The notes: generated from the letters alone by a model not told the origin. 64,000 bases of DNA from an uncultured Gemmatimonadales bacterium (GCA_963741945.1 CAVUKA010000001.1:64001-128000); one strand, 5' to 3'; shown: positions 1 through 10,412, counted from the stretch's first letter. A program made the numbers and translations.

Positions 1-1829
1 CCGATGACGCCCACGACCTCCCGCCACGTCCGCTCCCCCATGGTGCCGGAGCCGATGTAGCGGCCCACGGCCGCGGCGGGGCTGTCCCAGTACTCCCGCG
101 CGAAATCGGCGGTCACCACTGCCACGGGGGCGCGTGTCGCTACATCGGCCCAGGTCATGGCGCGGCCGGCCAGGACGCGCATTCCCATGGCGTCGAAATA
201 CCCCGGCGCTGCCCACTTCAGGCGGCGCACGGCGGGCAGCTGCCCTTCCTCCACGGGGAAGTCGCGCACCCAGACAGGGTCACTGGTGCCGGAGCCGCTG
301 AGCGGGAGGGAGGACACGGCCCCGACGGCCTCGACGCCGGGGATCCCTTCGAGCTGGTGAACGATCTGCTCGTGGGTGAGCGCCACCTGCGCGGGATCGT
401 CCACGAGCCCCTCGGGGATGTTGATGCCGAAGGTGAACACGCGCGCGGGATCGCGGAAGCCGGGATCCACCTCGCGGAGCGACCGGAAGGTCCGAATCAT
501 GAGCCCGGACGCCACGAGGAGCACCAGCGCCAGCGCCACCTGGGCCACGACGAGGGCGTTGCGGGCGCGGCTGCGTCCCCGACCGGCACCGCCGCCTCGC
601 CCGGCCTCCTTGAGCGACCCCGCGAGGTCCGGTCGTCCGAAGCGCAGCAGGGGGATCAGCCCGAAGAGGAACCCGGCCAGGAGGGAGACCCCCAGGGCGA
701 AGCCGAGCACGGCCGGGTCGAGACCGATCTCGTGCACGCGCGGGAGGTTCCCGGAGGGCACGAGGGCCAGGAGCAGCCGCAAACCGCCCCACGCCAGGAG
801 CAGACCCAGCGCTCCACCCGCGAGCCCCAGGACCACGCTCTCGGTCAGGAAGTGGGAAGCGAGGCGGCCGCGGCCCGCGCCGAGCGCCGAGCGGACCGCG
901 ACCTCGTGGGCCCCGCCCTCCGCCCGGACGAGGAAGAGGTTGGCGACGTTGGCGCAGGCGATGAGGAGGACCATGCCCACCGTCGCAAGCAGGATCCACA
1001 GCACCGTGCGGACGTTGCCCACCACCGACTCCTTCAACGGCCGGACCAGGCTCGCGAGCCGCGCCTGGTCCATCATCGACTGCGTCAGAGGGCCCGGAAA
1101 GCGCTGCGTGGCTACGGGGAGCAGCGCATCCACTTCCGCCGCCGCCTGCCCGGGCGTGACGCCGGGCTTCAGCCGGGCCACGCCCTGATAGGAGAAGTTC
1201 CCCATGAACACGTCCGCCGGATCGAACTGTAGGGGATACAGCACCGCCGGGTCGTAGCTCCGGAAGTGGAAGTCGCGGGGGAGGACGCCGATGATCTCCC
1301 GCGGCTCCCCGTTCACGTTCAGGGAGCGCCCCAGGACGTCGGGGGCGCCGCCGAACGCGCGCTGCCAGTAGCCCCAGCCGAGGATGACCGTGAGCGGAGC
1401 GCCGGGAGCGTCATCTTCGCGGGTGAACGCGCGGCCCAGGATCGGGCGGACGCCGAGGATCGGGAGCAGACCGTCCGTGACCGCGAGCGTCTCCACCCGC
1501 TCCGGCCGCTCGAGTCCCGTGATGGAGGCACGGGAGTCGAAGTAGAGCGCGAGATCGTCCAGGAGATCCGCGTCGGAGCGAAGCGTGAAGTACACGGCCG
1601 GCGATTCGGGGAGGTCGTGGAATCCGAGCCCCGGCGCGGTGTTCCGGACACTGACCAGCCGATCGGGATCCGGATAGGGGAGCGGCTTCAGGAGCACGCC
1701 GTTGACCACGCTGAAGATGGCCGTGTTGGCGCCGATCCCCACCGCCAGTGTGATCACCGCGGTGACCGTGAACAGGGGACTCCGGGCCAGCCGCCGGAGC
1801 GCGTACCGCATCTCGCCCAACCGTTCCAT
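1..1829 (-). CDS. ABC transporter permease, ADOP/MacB-FtsX duplicated-permease family (3' end beyond window start)
   Basis: Manual translation from ATG at 1829: MERLGEMRYALRRLARSPLFTVTAVITLAVGIGANTAIFSVVNGVLLKPLPYPDPDRLV..., later LLIACANVANLFLVRA...EVAVRSALGAGRGRL, the typical ADOP signature; absent from the ORF track because it runs off the edge. Confidence 0.9.
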   Translation of the reverse strand, partial: MERLGEMRYALRRLARSPLFTVTAVITLAVGIGANTAIFSVVNGVLLKPLPYPDPDRLVSVRNTAPGLGFHDLPESPAVYFTLRSDADLLDDLALYFDSRASITGLERPERVETLAVTDGLLPILGVRPILGRAFTREDDAPGAPLTVILGWGYWQRAFGGAPDVLGRSLNVNGEPREIIGVLPRDFHFRSYDPAVLYPLQFDPADVFMGNFSYQGVARLKPGVTPGQAAAEVDALLPVATQRFPGPLTQSMMDQARLASLVRPLKESVVGNVRTVLWILLATVGMVLLIACANVANLFLVRAEGGAHEVAVRSALGAGRGRLASHFLTESVVLGLAGGALGLLLAWGGLRLLLALVPSGNLPRVHEIGLDPAVLGFALGVSLLAGFLFGLIPLLRFGRPDLAGSLKEAGRGGGAGRGRSRARNALVVAQVALALVLLVASGLMIRTFRSLREVDPGFRDPARVFTFGINIPEGLVDDPAQVALTHEQIVHQLEGIPGVEAVGAVSSLPLSGSGTSDPVWVRDFPVEEGQLPAVRRLKWAAPGYFDAMGMRVLAGRAMTWADVATRAPVAVVTADFAREYWDSPAAAVGRYIGSGTMGERTWREVVGVI

Positions 1830-1946
1830 GGCTTCCTCGCCGATGGGGAACCCTGGTGCTGCGCTGGCGCACCGTACGGGAAGGTGAGCGTCGGGGTTTC
1901 CGGCGACGGTCGACCGCGCTCGCTGCGCTCGGGCGGCCCCTGGGGC

Positions 1947-1994
1947 GGGGAGTCGAACCGGGGCGGACTTCGCCGCCCCGGTTCGAGACTCCCC
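1947..1994. terminator. GC-rich hairpin (14-bp perfect stem plus extension) downstream of the tricorn gene
   Basis: tcgaaccggggcgg (1953-1966) pairs with ccgccccggttcga (1973-1986), and outer ggggag pairs with ctcccc; no U-tract. Confidence 0.5.
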
Positions 1995-2020
1995 TGAATG
2001 ACGCCGGCCTGGCTACTACG

Positions 2021-5000
2021 CTAGTGGCCGGTCCGGTCGGGCGGCGTGGGCCGCGCGGGGAGGTGCTTCGGATGCGCCTTCATGTCCTCGAGCACTTCCT
2101 GAACGGCGCGCTCGAGCTGGGGGTCGCGGCCCTCCAGCACCGCCTTCGGGTCGTTCTCGACCACGATGTCCGGATCGACGCCGTGCCCCTCGATGATCCA
2201 GGAGCCGTCCACGCCGATGAAGCCGAACTCGGGGACGTTCACGGTCCCTCCGTCGATCAGGGTGCCGTGGTTGGTGATCCCGGTGACACCGCCCCACGAG
2301 CGCTTGCCGATGAGCGGGCCGAGGCCGGCCTGCTTGAACATGGCCGGGAAGATGTCGCCATCGGAAGCCGACGTCTCATCGAGCAGAGCCACGAGCGACC
2401 CGTAGAAGACCGGGCCGCGCGGGTACGTGGACGGGTAGTCGTTGTTGCGCGAGTACCCACTGGCCAGCAGCTCCTTGCTGAGCCGTTCGATGACCATGGA
2501 GGAGATGTTGCCGCCCCCGTTCCCGCGGTCATCGATGATGAAGCCCTGCTTGCGGATCTGCGGGTAGTACCACTTCACGAACTCGCGGATGCCGTCGGCG
2601 CCCATGTCCGGCAGGTGCATGTATCCCACCCTGCCCTCGGTCATCCGGGCCACGCGCTCGCGATTCCGCTTCACCCAGTCGTAGTAGATGAGCTTGCTCT
2701 CGGCCGTGCGCGGCTCGAACGCGACCTCGCGGGCGCCGTCCATGGTGGGGCGGCTGTTGAGCGTCAGCGTCACCGGGTGGTCGGCCCGGTTGCGGAGGAG
2801 CCGGTACGGGTTGTCGGGTGCCATCAGCTGCTGCCCGTCGATGGCCAGGACGTAATCGCCCACGCGGGCATCCACGCCCACCTGGGTGAGCGGCGACCGG
2901 TACTCGGGCTCCGCGTTGTCGCCCGGAAGGATCTCCGCGACCCGGTAGCGGCCCGCCGCCGGATCGAGCTCGAACCGGGCCCCGGGCAGAGCGACGTCGG
3001 CGCGGTCGGGGAGGTCGTGATCGCCGCCGGAGATGTACGTGTGGGAGTTGCTCAGCTCCGCGATCATCTCGTTCAGGACATAGTCCAGGTCGGAGCGGTC
3101 GCCCACGTACTGCAGGAGCGGCCGGTACTGCTCGCGCAGCGCCTTCCAGTCGTACCCGTTCATGTTGGCGACGTAGAAGAAGTCGCGGAACCGACGCCAG
3201 ACCTCGTCATAGATCTGGTTCCATTCCTGCTTCGGGACGATGTCCGCCTCGAGGCCATCCGTGGCCACGCTCTTCTTCGAGCTTTCGCCCTTGGCGACAT
3301 CGTAGAGCGTGTAGCCCCGCCCCTGGCGCGCCAGCAGCTTCGTGCCATCCGGCGAGAGCGCGTAGCCGCGCACGCCTTCGGCCAGCGTGCTGCTCTTCCG
3401 ATCCTTCAGGTCGAACGTGAGCAGCGCCGGCTCCTCACCCGAGCTCCGGCCGTAGAAGAACGCCGGGGTCCGCACGTACACGAGCTTCCCTTCCACCGCG
3501 GACAGGCTGGCGTAGTTGTCGGGCTCCACGGGCACCGGCGCGATGCGGTCCGCGAGGCCATCGAAGTCGATGCGGACGTCCGTCGGCGCCTCGTTCCTGT
3601 CCGGCGTGGCACTCCCGTCCTTGCCGGAGGACGCGTCCTCCGAGGCCACATCCACCTCGTCGCTCTGCGGCGGGAAGGGCGCGGGCACGTCCTTTCGGAG
3701 CGCCAGCGCGAAGATGCCCGTGCTCTTCGTGGTGGCGAAGTTCCACTCGTTCTGGCTGATCTGTGGCGCGTACTCCCGGTCGCTGAAGAAGTAGAGGTAG
3801 CGGCCGTCGGCGCCGAACACGGGCTCGTAGTCGTTGGTCAGGTCGCTGGTCACGCGACGCGGCGCGGCATCGCCGAGGCCCCAGATGTAGAGCGACCGGT
3901 AGCCGGCCGCGTCGCTCAGGGAGAACGCGAGCCAGCGCCCGTCCTTCGACCAGCTCTGGTCGGACATCTGGCCACTGGAGTCCCGGGCCACGAGCGTGCT
4001 CTTCCGGGTCCCGAGGTCCAGCACCCAGAGTCGACCGCGGGCATCCGAGAAGGAGAGCCGCTTGCCATCCGGCGCCCACTGGGGGCCGTAGCGCATGACA
4101 TCGCCGTCGGACGTGAGCTGCTCGGGCTGTCCGCTCCCGTCCTGATTGACGAGGTAGAGCTCCTCCTCGCCCGAGCGATCGGAGATGAACGCGATCCTGC
4201 GGCCGTCCGGCGACCACGCCGCGCCCTTCTCGTGAGATGTCGAGCTGTTGGTGAGGTTGCGCGTGGCGCCGTGCTCGATGGGGGCCGTGAAGAGGTCGCC
4301 GCGGGCGATGAAGACCGCGCGCTGCCCCTTCGGCGCCAGGCCGAAGTCCTCGATCCAGCGGGAGACGTTCTCGTGCACGGGGCGCCAGGCCACGCCGTCG
4401 TCGGGGACCGTGATGTCGAGCTTCCGGTCCGCCGACGACCCGGTGTCGAACACGTGCAGCTCGCCGGCCATCTCGTAGACGATCTGGCCATCGGCCGAAG
4501 CACTGGGCCAGCGTACGTCCCACCGGGTGCTGCTGGTCAGCCGCTTCAGGTCACTGCCATCCGGATTCATGGAGTAGAGGTTGAGCGTGCCCGTGCGATC
4601 GGAATCGAAATAGAGGCGGCCGCCGATCCACATGGGATCGCGGTCGGTGCGCACGTCGTCGGTGAGGTTCTTCGCCTCGTGGCTCGCCAGGTCGAACGTC
4701 CAGAGGTCCTCCGCCCACCCGCCCGAATAGCGCTTCCAGGCGCGGAAGTCCCGGAAGAGCGGAGAGTAGAACACCGACTTGCCGTCCGGCGACAGCGTTC
4801 CCGCGCCGGCCTTCGGCATGGGCAGCTGCTGCGGCAGTCCACCGTCGAGGGAGACCACGTAGAGGTGCTGGTTGGCCAGGTCCCAGCTGTCGCGCATGGA
4901 GCGGAACAGGATCCCCTTCCCGTCCGGGGTCCATCCGTAGACCTGGTTGTCGTAGCCCCAGCGAGGTGGGAGCGGCCCGGTCGCCGGGTAGTACGTCAGC

Positions 5001-5341
5001 TGCTTCGGCACGCCGCCGCCCGCCGGCATGACGTACACCTGCTCGTCGCCGTCGTACTGGCCGGTGAACGCGATCCAGCGGCCGTCCGGGGAGTACTTCG
5101 CGAACAGCTCCTGGCCCGGGTGCGCGGTGAGGCGCACGGCCGTGCCACCGTTCGCGCCGGCGCTCCAGAGGTCTCCCGCGTACGTGAAGACCACGTGGTC
5201 GCCCTGGATATCGGGGAAGCGGAGCAGCTTGGTCTGCGCCGCCAGTGAGCTCGCGGCGCCGAGCACCAGAAGCGCCGCCACGAGAAGCGGAGTCGCAGCG
5301 CCCCGGGGGCCCACGGCTCCGAACCGGTTCGACCTCATCAT
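2021..5341 (-). CDS. Tricorn protease homolog (S41), secreted
   Basis: Signal peptide, LLRFPDI start, PD40 beta-propeller repeats, PDZ, DDRGNGGG and catalytic SASDGD motif; ATG at 5341 with GGAGA RBS. Confidence 0.95.
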   Translation of the reverse strand: MMRSNRFGAVGPRGAATPLLVAALLVLGAASSLAAQTKLLRFPDIQGDHVVFTYAGDLWSAGANGGTAVRLTAHPGQELFAKYSPDGRWIAFTGQYDGDEQVYVMPAGGGVPKQLTYYPATGPLPPRWGYDNQVYGWTPDGKGILFRSMRDSWDLANQHLYVVSLDGGLPQQLPMPKAGAGTLSPDGKSVFYSPLFRDFRAWKRYSGGWAEDLWTFDLASHEAKNLTDDVRTDRDPMWIGGRLYFDSDRTGTLNLYSMNPDGSDLKRLTSSTRWDVRWPSASADGQIVYEMAGELHVFDTGSSADRKLDITVPDDGVAWRPVHENVSRWIEDFGLAPKGQRAVFIARGDLFTAPIEHGATRNLTNSSTSHEKGAAWSPDGRRIAFISDRSGEEELYLVNQDGSGQPEQLTSDGDVMRYGPQWAPDGKRLSFSDARGRLWVLDLGTRKSTLVARDSSGQMSDQSWSKDGRWLAFSLSDAAGYRSLYIWGLGDAAPRRVTSDLTNDYEPVFGADGRYLYFFSDREYAPQISQNEWNFATTKSTGIFALALRKDVPAPFPPQSDEVDVASEDASSGKDGSATPDRNEAPTDVRIDFDGLADRIAPVPVEPDNYASLSAVEGKLVYVRTPAFFYGRSSGEEPALLTFDLKDRKSSTLAEGVRGYALSPDGTKLLARQGRGYTLYDVAKGESSKKSVATDGLEADIVPKQEWNQIYDEVWRRFRDFFYVANMNGYDWKALREQYRPLLQYVGDRSDLDYVLNEMIAELSNSHTYISGGDHDLPDRADVALPGARFELDPAAGRYRVAEILPGDNAEPEYRSPLTQVGVDARVGDYVLAIDGQQLMAPDNPYRLLRNRADHPVTLTLNSRPTMDGAREVAFEPRTAESKLIYYDWVKRNRERVARMTEGRVGYMHLPDMGADGIREFVKWYYPQIRKQGFIIDDRGNGGGNISSMVIERLSKELLASGYSRNNDYPSTYPRGPVFYGSLVALLDETSASDGDIFPAMFKQAGLGPLIGKRSWGGVTGITNHGTLIDGGTVNVPEFGFIGVDGSWIIEGHGVDPDIVVENDPKAVLEGRDPQLERAVQEVLEDMKAHPKHLPARPTPPDRTGH

Positions 5342-5538
5342 CGGTTCTCCTGTGATTCGTGCGTCCGGCTGTGCGCAGCCGGTTCCGTCAATCTGGAGCC
5401 CTGCGCGCCGATGGTCCAGCGAAGAGCTCAACCGCGCGGGCGGAGACGGGAACGCCTCCGGGGGGATGCCCGCGCCGGGAGGATGTACGTCGGCCGATGC
5501 CGGATGTTCCAGCGCTCGTTCCAGGCCTCGGCACGCAT

Positions 5539-5583
5539 GTGCGCCTCACTCGCGTGCGCCTCACGCGCGTGCGGCTCACCCGC
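5539..5583. repeat. 15-bp tandem repeat x3 overlapping the pqiC stop codon
   Basis: gtgcgcctcactcgc/gtgcgcctcacgcgc/gtgcggctcacccgc. Confidence 0.7.
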
Positions 5584-6241
5584 CGACCGGCGGCGCCTCC
5601 GGGAGTGCGCTCACGACCATGTCGGCAAGGCGGGCGAGGGCCGCGCTCATGGCGTGCGCCACATCGGCCGCCGAGGAAGAGGCGGTGTCCACTTCGATGT
5701 GTGCATCGCGCGCGAGGAGGCTGCGCTGGGAGGCGTCGTCGACGATGGACCAGCGACCATCCAGGACCACGGTGCCGCCGGGACTGGCGGCGAACCGCTC
5801 CAGGGTGACGACGAGGAGCCGCATGTCCCCCGGCGGATCCGGCTGGCCGGGGAGCGCCACGCTGCCATCGGGGAGGCGGGCGGCCAGGTCGAAGGCGAGC
5901 GTCCGCCGGACCACGACGGCGAGGCCGGCGGGCCAGCGGACGGTGCCATCCACCTCGAGCCTGTTCTCGGCCGTGATCCGCACCAGCGCCGCGCGGTCCA
6001 GCCCGGGGGGCAGGGTGATCCGCCCCACCGCCAGCGGAGCGCTGGTCGCGGCGGGCGCGGCGCTGCGGGGCGAGATGGTGCTGAGGTCGACATAGCGCGT
6101 GGCGGGGCTGGACGCGCACCCGACCATGCCGAACGCGAGGAGAAGCAGGGGAAGACCGCGGGCCGCCGGGTGAGGCCAGCGGGGCGATGAACGTGGGGAA
6201 CGGCGTCGTCGCACGACCGGGGTGTGGAATCGAAGAGTCAC
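5576..6241 (-). CDS. pqiC: PqiC-family lipoprotein (ABC_trans_aux)
   Basis: Lipobox-like MVGC, then ASSPATRYVDL, LDR..LV, RWPAGL, GTVVLDGRWSI; follows pqiB with a 4-bp overlap. Confidence 0.85.
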   Translation of the reverse strand: MTLRFHTPVVRRRRSPRSSPRWPHPAARGLPLLLLAFGMVGCASSPATRYVDLSTISPRSAAPAATSAPLAVGRITLPPGLDRAALVRITAENRLEVDGTVRWPAGLAVVVRRTLAFDLAARLPDGSVALPGQPDPPGDMRLLVVTLERFAASPGGTVVLDGRWSIVDDASQRSLLARDAHIEVDTASSSAADVAHAMSAALARLADMVVSALPEAPPVGG

Positions 6242-7989
6242 GGTCCTGACCTCCCCTGTATCAGCGCTTCGGGGTGACGATCGAGGTAATCGGTGAGGGA
6301 GCGCAGGGAGCGGGCGGCGCGGGTCATCTCGTCGATCAGGTCCTGGAGATTGTGCTGGTCGCGCAGTGAGCCGCCGGAGAGCCCCTGGACCGCGTCGGCC
6401 GTGGAAGCCAGGTCGCTCATGGCCTGTCGGAGGTCGGAGAGCGCCGGCTGGAGCTGGCGGCGGGCGTCGGCGGTGAGCGTATCCGCGTTGGCCATGAGCC
6501 GGTCCAGGTGTTCCAGGGTCTGATTCAGCTCCGGCGATCGGACCAACGTGTCGAGCCCCGCGGTGAGGTTGCGCAGATTGCGCCCGATGGTCCGGATCGG
6601 GAGGGCGGCCACGGCGTCGGCCGCGCGACTGACCGACGACAGCGCGCTCTGGATTCCCCCGCCCGCGATGGCCGGGATCCCTGGCGGCTGCTGCTGCCGG
6701 TCGAGCCTCCGGCCCCGCTCGTCGGTCATCACCAGCGACGCCTGCTCGCCACCGAGCACGAGCCCGGCCTGCGCCAGCTGGGCGCGCATCCCGTGCCGGA
6801 CCAGCTGGTCTACCACGTCATAGAGCGGCCGGGGCGAATCGCCGGGGCCGCGCGGCGCGAGCCCGAACCGTTCCGGATACAGGTCGAGGATCACGGGCGT
6901 GCTGACCACCCCGCGATCCGGCCGCACGCGGAGCTGCACATCCGCCACTTCGCCCACGCGGATCCCGCGCAGTGTCACCGCCGCGCCCGGCTCCAGCCCG
7001 CCGACGGAGCCGGGGAAGTCGGCCGCGAAGCGGACCGGGCGTCCGGCCAGAGGCGAGCGCGCGTCCGTGGCGCTGGCGTAGAGCCGGTACGCGGAATCCC
7101 GCGTGCCCGCAGCGGACCGGGCGGCCCCCGGCTCCGCAGTCGACGCGCCCGCCGCGCCGGGGGACGGCGACCCGGCGGTGTCGGTGAACGTGTCGAACGC
7201 GACACAGCCGTTGAGGAGCCGGGGGATCGGCGGGAAGTGGACGTCCAGTCCGCCCCCGCCGGTGGACACGTCCAGGCCGCTGCAGCGCCAGAAGCGCGAC
7301 TGCGGCTGGACCAGCGTATCGAACGGCGGCCGGACCAGCACATGGAAGCGGACCTCGCCTGCGGACGGCCCCAGGGAGAGACCGAGCACGCGGCCCGCTT
7401 CAAGGCCGTGATAGATGACCTGCGCTCCACGGCCGATCCCGTGGGCGCGCGCGTCCACCAGCGTGACGGTGCGGCCCGGCTCGACATGGGCGTCGGGGGG
7501 CGGTGAAGTCAGACCCGTGAAGTGGTGGGTGGGCTCCCCCGCGCCGGGCTCCATGACCAGGTACGGTCCGGAGAGGAGGCTGGACAGGTCGCCGCTCAGA
7601 AGGCTGGGGCTCTGGATCCAGAAGCGCGTACCCGTGCGCAGCGCTTCCTGCATGCCATCATCCATTGCGAGGTGCATCACCACGCCGTTCAGCGAGTCCC
7701 CCAGCTCCACGGAAGAGACCTGGCCTACCTGCAGCCCGCGGTAGCGGACCGCCGTCGCCCCTTTCCCCGAGATCCCGTGCGCCGTCGGGAAGGTCACGGT
7801 CACGTTCGGGCCGCCCCCGAACACCGCCTTGAACCCCAGGTACCCCGCGACGAGCAGCGCGGCCAGCGGCACCGCCCAGATCCATCCTCGCCAGGACGAC
7901 TGCTGGATGCGCGCCCACGGCGGTCCCGTCTCGTTCTCGGCAGCCTCGCGGTCGGGGGCGTCGCGGTCGGGGGCGTCGCGGTCGGTCAT
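6238..7989 (-). CDS. pqiB: PqiB-family intermembrane transport protein (three MCE domains plus helical needle)
   Basis: WIWAVP TM, VRYRGLQVGQV, TRFW, SLLSGPY, VTLRGIRVGEV, C-terminal LDRHPEALIQGR. Confidence 0.92.
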   Translation of the reverse strand: MTDRDAPDRDAPDREAAENETGPPWARIQQSSWRGWIWAVPLAALLVAGYLGFKAVFGGGPNVTVTFPTAHGISGKGATAVRYRGLQVGQVSSVELGDSLNGVVMHLAMDDGMQEALRTGTRFWIQSPSLLSGDLSSLLSGPYLVMEPGAGEPTHHFTGLTSPPPDAHVEPGRTVTLVDARAHGIGRGAQVIYHGLEAGRVLGLSLGPSAGEVRFHVLVRPPFDTLVQPQSRFWRCSGLDVSTGGGGLDVHFPPIPRLLNGCVAFDTFTDTAGSPSPGAAGASTAEPGAARSAAGTRDSAYRLYASATDARSPLAGRPVRFAADFPGSVGGLEPGAAVTLRGIRVGEVADVQLRVRPDRGVVSTPVILDLYPERFGLAPRGPGDSPRPLYDVVDQLVRHGMRAQLAQAGLVLGGEQASLVMTDERGRRLDRQQQPPGIPAIAGGGIQSALSSVSRAADAVAALPIRTIGRNLRNLTAGLDTLVRSPELNQTLEHLDRLMANADTLTADARRQLQPALSDLRQAMSDLASTADAVQGLSGGSLRDQHNLQDLIDEMTRAARSLRSLTDYLDRHPEALIQGRSGP

Positions 7990-9245
7990 GTCGTGCTGCG
8001 GAGAGCCAGCCGTGTCCGGGCGTGTGTGGTGGTGGCGGCGCCGAGCCTTCCTTCCGCGGCATCCCAGAGCAGGCGCGTGTCGAACAGCCGGGCGGCCATC
8101 ATGGTGAACACCACGACCAGCGTGAACGGCACCGCGGCGATGTCGATGTGCACCAGGGCGGCGCCGGGGAAGGAGAGCAGCGGGATCGAGAACGCCTCGA
8201 TGAGCGGGTCGGTGGTGGACCAGCGACCGATGCCGTGGATCGTGCGGTGGATGTGCGTCTGGCGGCGCAGGTTCTCGGGGTGTGGGCTTCGCACGCGGAA
8301 GAGCAGCCAGGTCAGCCCCACCAGCTTCAGGAACGGCACGAGGATGCTGGCGATGATGATGATCACGGCCAGATACCAGAACCCGGCCTGGAACAGCTCT
8401 CGAACCCCGATGATGATCGTCCGATGCTTAACCCCGGTGGGCTGCATGGTGTAGCTCATCGGGAAATAGTACGAGGGGAAATAGAAGATGTAGCCGGCGG
8501 CCACGAGGGCGGCCGTGCGCGTGAGGGCGTTCAACTTCCGGATCCGCAGGCGCCGGCCGCACCGCGGACAGGGTTTCCCTTCCGCGGAGGCGGGGAGCAC
8601 GAGCATGCAGGCATCGCAGCCGAGCGCGTTTCCGTGCTCGGGCGCCTCGCGGTCCGGCTGAATGGCCTCCCAGACAGTGTGGTTAGTCACCACGCGGTTC
8701 AATACCAGGGAGAGCACGCCGGCGCCGGCGAGGCACCAACCGCCCGGCTCCACGTGGGCGGTGAGCTGCTCGGCCGTCCGCATGTAGATGACGAAGCCGG
8801 CCACGATCATGACCTCGGGCATGGCCCAGAGCCGGATGTTGTCGGCGTAGCGGTAGAGCCGCCCGAGCCAGCCGGGCCTCCAGCGCGTGCGTACGGCCGT
8901 GAGCACGAAGGTCAGCAGCGTGGCGCGTGCCACCGGGAGGAACATGACGAAGGCCGCGAGGATGAGGGCCAGCACGGGCCAGCCGTCGCCCCAGACGCCC
9001 ATGATCCCGGAGACGATCCAGGCCTTGTGCGTCCGTCCCAGTGCGGACGCAGACATGACGGGAAAGAGGTTGGCGAGGAGGAGGAGCACGAGCAGGGCCG
9101 CGGACCAGGCCAGACTCAGGGACAGGGTGAGGGACCGGTTGCGATCCAGGATCTGATCGCAGCGGAGGCACCTGGCCTCGGCTCCGGCCTCCACGACCGG
9201 GATACGCTGTATGGCTCCGCAACCCGAACACGCGACCGTCGACAC
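7986..9245 (-). CDS. pqiA: PqiA-family inner membrane protein (duplicated domain with CxxC motifs)
   Basis: CSGC..CLRC and CDAC..CPRC motifs, ANLFPVM, WAMPEV, ASILVPFLK, IGRWS, FDTRLLWD. Confidence 0.93.
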   Translation of the reverse strand: MSTVACSGCGAIQRIPVVEAGAEARCLRCDQILDRNRSLTLSLSLAWSAALLVLLLLANLFPVMSASALGRTHKAWIVSGIMGVWGDGWPVLALILAAFVMFLPVARATLLTFVLTAVRTRWRPGWLGRLYRYADNIRLWAMPEVMIVAGFVIYMRTAEQLTAHVEPGGWCLAGAGVLSLVLNRVVTNHTVWEAIQPDREAPEHGNALGCDACMLVLPASAEGKPCPRCGRRLRIRKLNALTRTAALVAAGYIFYFPSYYFPMSYTMQPTGVKHRTIIIGVRELFQAGFWYLAVIIIIASILVPFLKLVGLTWLLFRVRSPHPENLRRQTHIHRTIHGIGRWSTTDPLIEAFSIPLLSFPGAALVHIDIAAVPFTLVVVFTMMAARLFDTRLLWDAAEGRLGAATTTHARTRLALRSTT

Positions 9246-9308
9246 TACCCCGGCTCCCCTCGAACCAGTCCGTCAACCTGCCCGTACAAAGCTTCCGGAG
9301 GCCCGCAC

Positions 9309-9324
9309 TGCAATTTCGGCTCCG
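9309..9324 (-). promoter_or_regulatory. Possible sigma54 -24/-12 promoter for pqiABC
   Basis: Minus strand cGGagccgaaaTTGCA = GG-N10-GC, about 65 nt upstream of pqiA; the -24 box is imperfect. Confidence 0.35.
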
Positions 9325-9339
9325 GCGTGCCGCGCCGGT

Positions 9340-10347
9340 TCAGGCGGCCGGTTCGTCCTCCGGATGCACGAGGAGCACGGGAAGGCTCGCGGCCCGGATG
9401 ACCTTGTCACTGACGCTGCCCAGGATCAAGCGACGCACGCCGCCCCGGCCGCGCGTGGCCATGGCCACCAGGTCCGCTCCCGCGCTGGCGGCAGCGTCGA
9501 GGATGCCCTCGGCCACGGGTCCCACCCATACGAGCGGCTCCGCCACGGCGACGCCCTGCTCCCGGAGCCGCGCGGAAACGGACTCGAGGTATTCCCCGGC
9601 GGTGCGTCGTGCAGCGTTCACCTGCACCTCCGCCTCTTCCGCCATCTCCGGCATGTACGGCGACGCCACAGGCAGGGTAGGCGCGGTGACGCGGAAGGGA
9701 AGGATCTCGGCCTCCATGACCCGGGCGAGAGCGACGGCTGGAGGCAGGATGGCCTCCGACAGCGGGGAGCCATCGAGTGGCACGAGAAAGCGCCCGATCT
9801 TGGTCGAGCCGGCGGCCGCGACGCTCTGCGCTGCGCCGCCCCCTGCCCCGGCACCCGCCGCCTCCCCGGGGCGGACCAGCAGGATCGGCGTGCTCGACGT
9901 GCGGACCAGGCGATCCGCAACGCTGCCGAGCCACGCACGTTCGATGGGTCCTCTTCCGTGCGTGGACATGACCACGATACCCGGATCCGCTTCCCCGATT
10001 CGACGCGTGAGCTGGGCTTCGGCTGCGCCTTCCAGGACCACCGTGTCGACCTTGTCGATCCCGGCATCGCGAAGCCGCTGCTCGACGCGGTCGAGGTACG
10101 CGGCCCTGTCGCGGAGCAGCGATTCGCGGAGCGCGGCGGTCGAGCCGGTCGTGTCGGCGGGGATCTCCATGCCAATGTCCCAGGCGACGGGTGGCGTGGC
10201 TATGCCTCCGGCGGCCAGCGGAGCGGCGTCGACCACGGTGACGAGCTCCAGCGCGCCGTCGCAGGACCGCGCAATGGCCGTGGCCAGCGGGAGCGCGGCT
10301 TCCGCGAACCCGGATCCATCCAGTGGCACCAGAACGCGCTCGAACAT
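9340..10347 (-). CDS. Universal stress protein, tandem USP domains
   Basis: MFERVLVPLDGS...MSTHGRG..RAWLGSVADRLVR, second domain LVPLDGS...MATRGRGG.RRLILGSVSDKVIR; RBS GGGAGG; true start 10347, not 11334. Confidence 0.93.
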   Translation of the reverse strand: MFERVLVPLDGSGFAEAALPLATAIARSCDGALELVTVVDAAPLAAGGIATPPVAWDIGMEIPADTTGSTAALRESLLRDRAAYLDRVEQRLRDAGIDKVDTVVLEGAAEAQLTRRIGEADPGIVVMSTHGRGPIERAWLGSVADRLVRTSSTPILLVRPGEAAGAGAGGGAAQSVAAAGSTKIGRFLVPLDGSPLSEAILPPAVALARVMEAEILPFRVTAPTLPVASPYMPEMAEEAEVQVNAARRTAGEYLESVSARLREQGVAVAEPLVWVGPVAEGILDAAASAGADLVAMATRGRGGVRRLILGSVSDKVIRAASLPVLLVHPEDEPAA

Positions 10348-10412
10348 GCATCCTCCCTTTGTTGCGCCGGAGACCCGCCTCGGAGACGGACGGGCGCAAG
10401 CCCCGTTCCCGC

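Noticed and set aside
1947-1994. tRNA fragment (ggttcga T-loop-like)
   Set aside because: It forms one long hairpin, with no cloverleaf or CCA.
1856-5248. Long antisense ORFs (also 12575-16360, 25434-28892, 44740-46770 and others)
   Set aside because: Shadow ORFs opposite well-supported genes, expected at high GC; no recognisable motifs.
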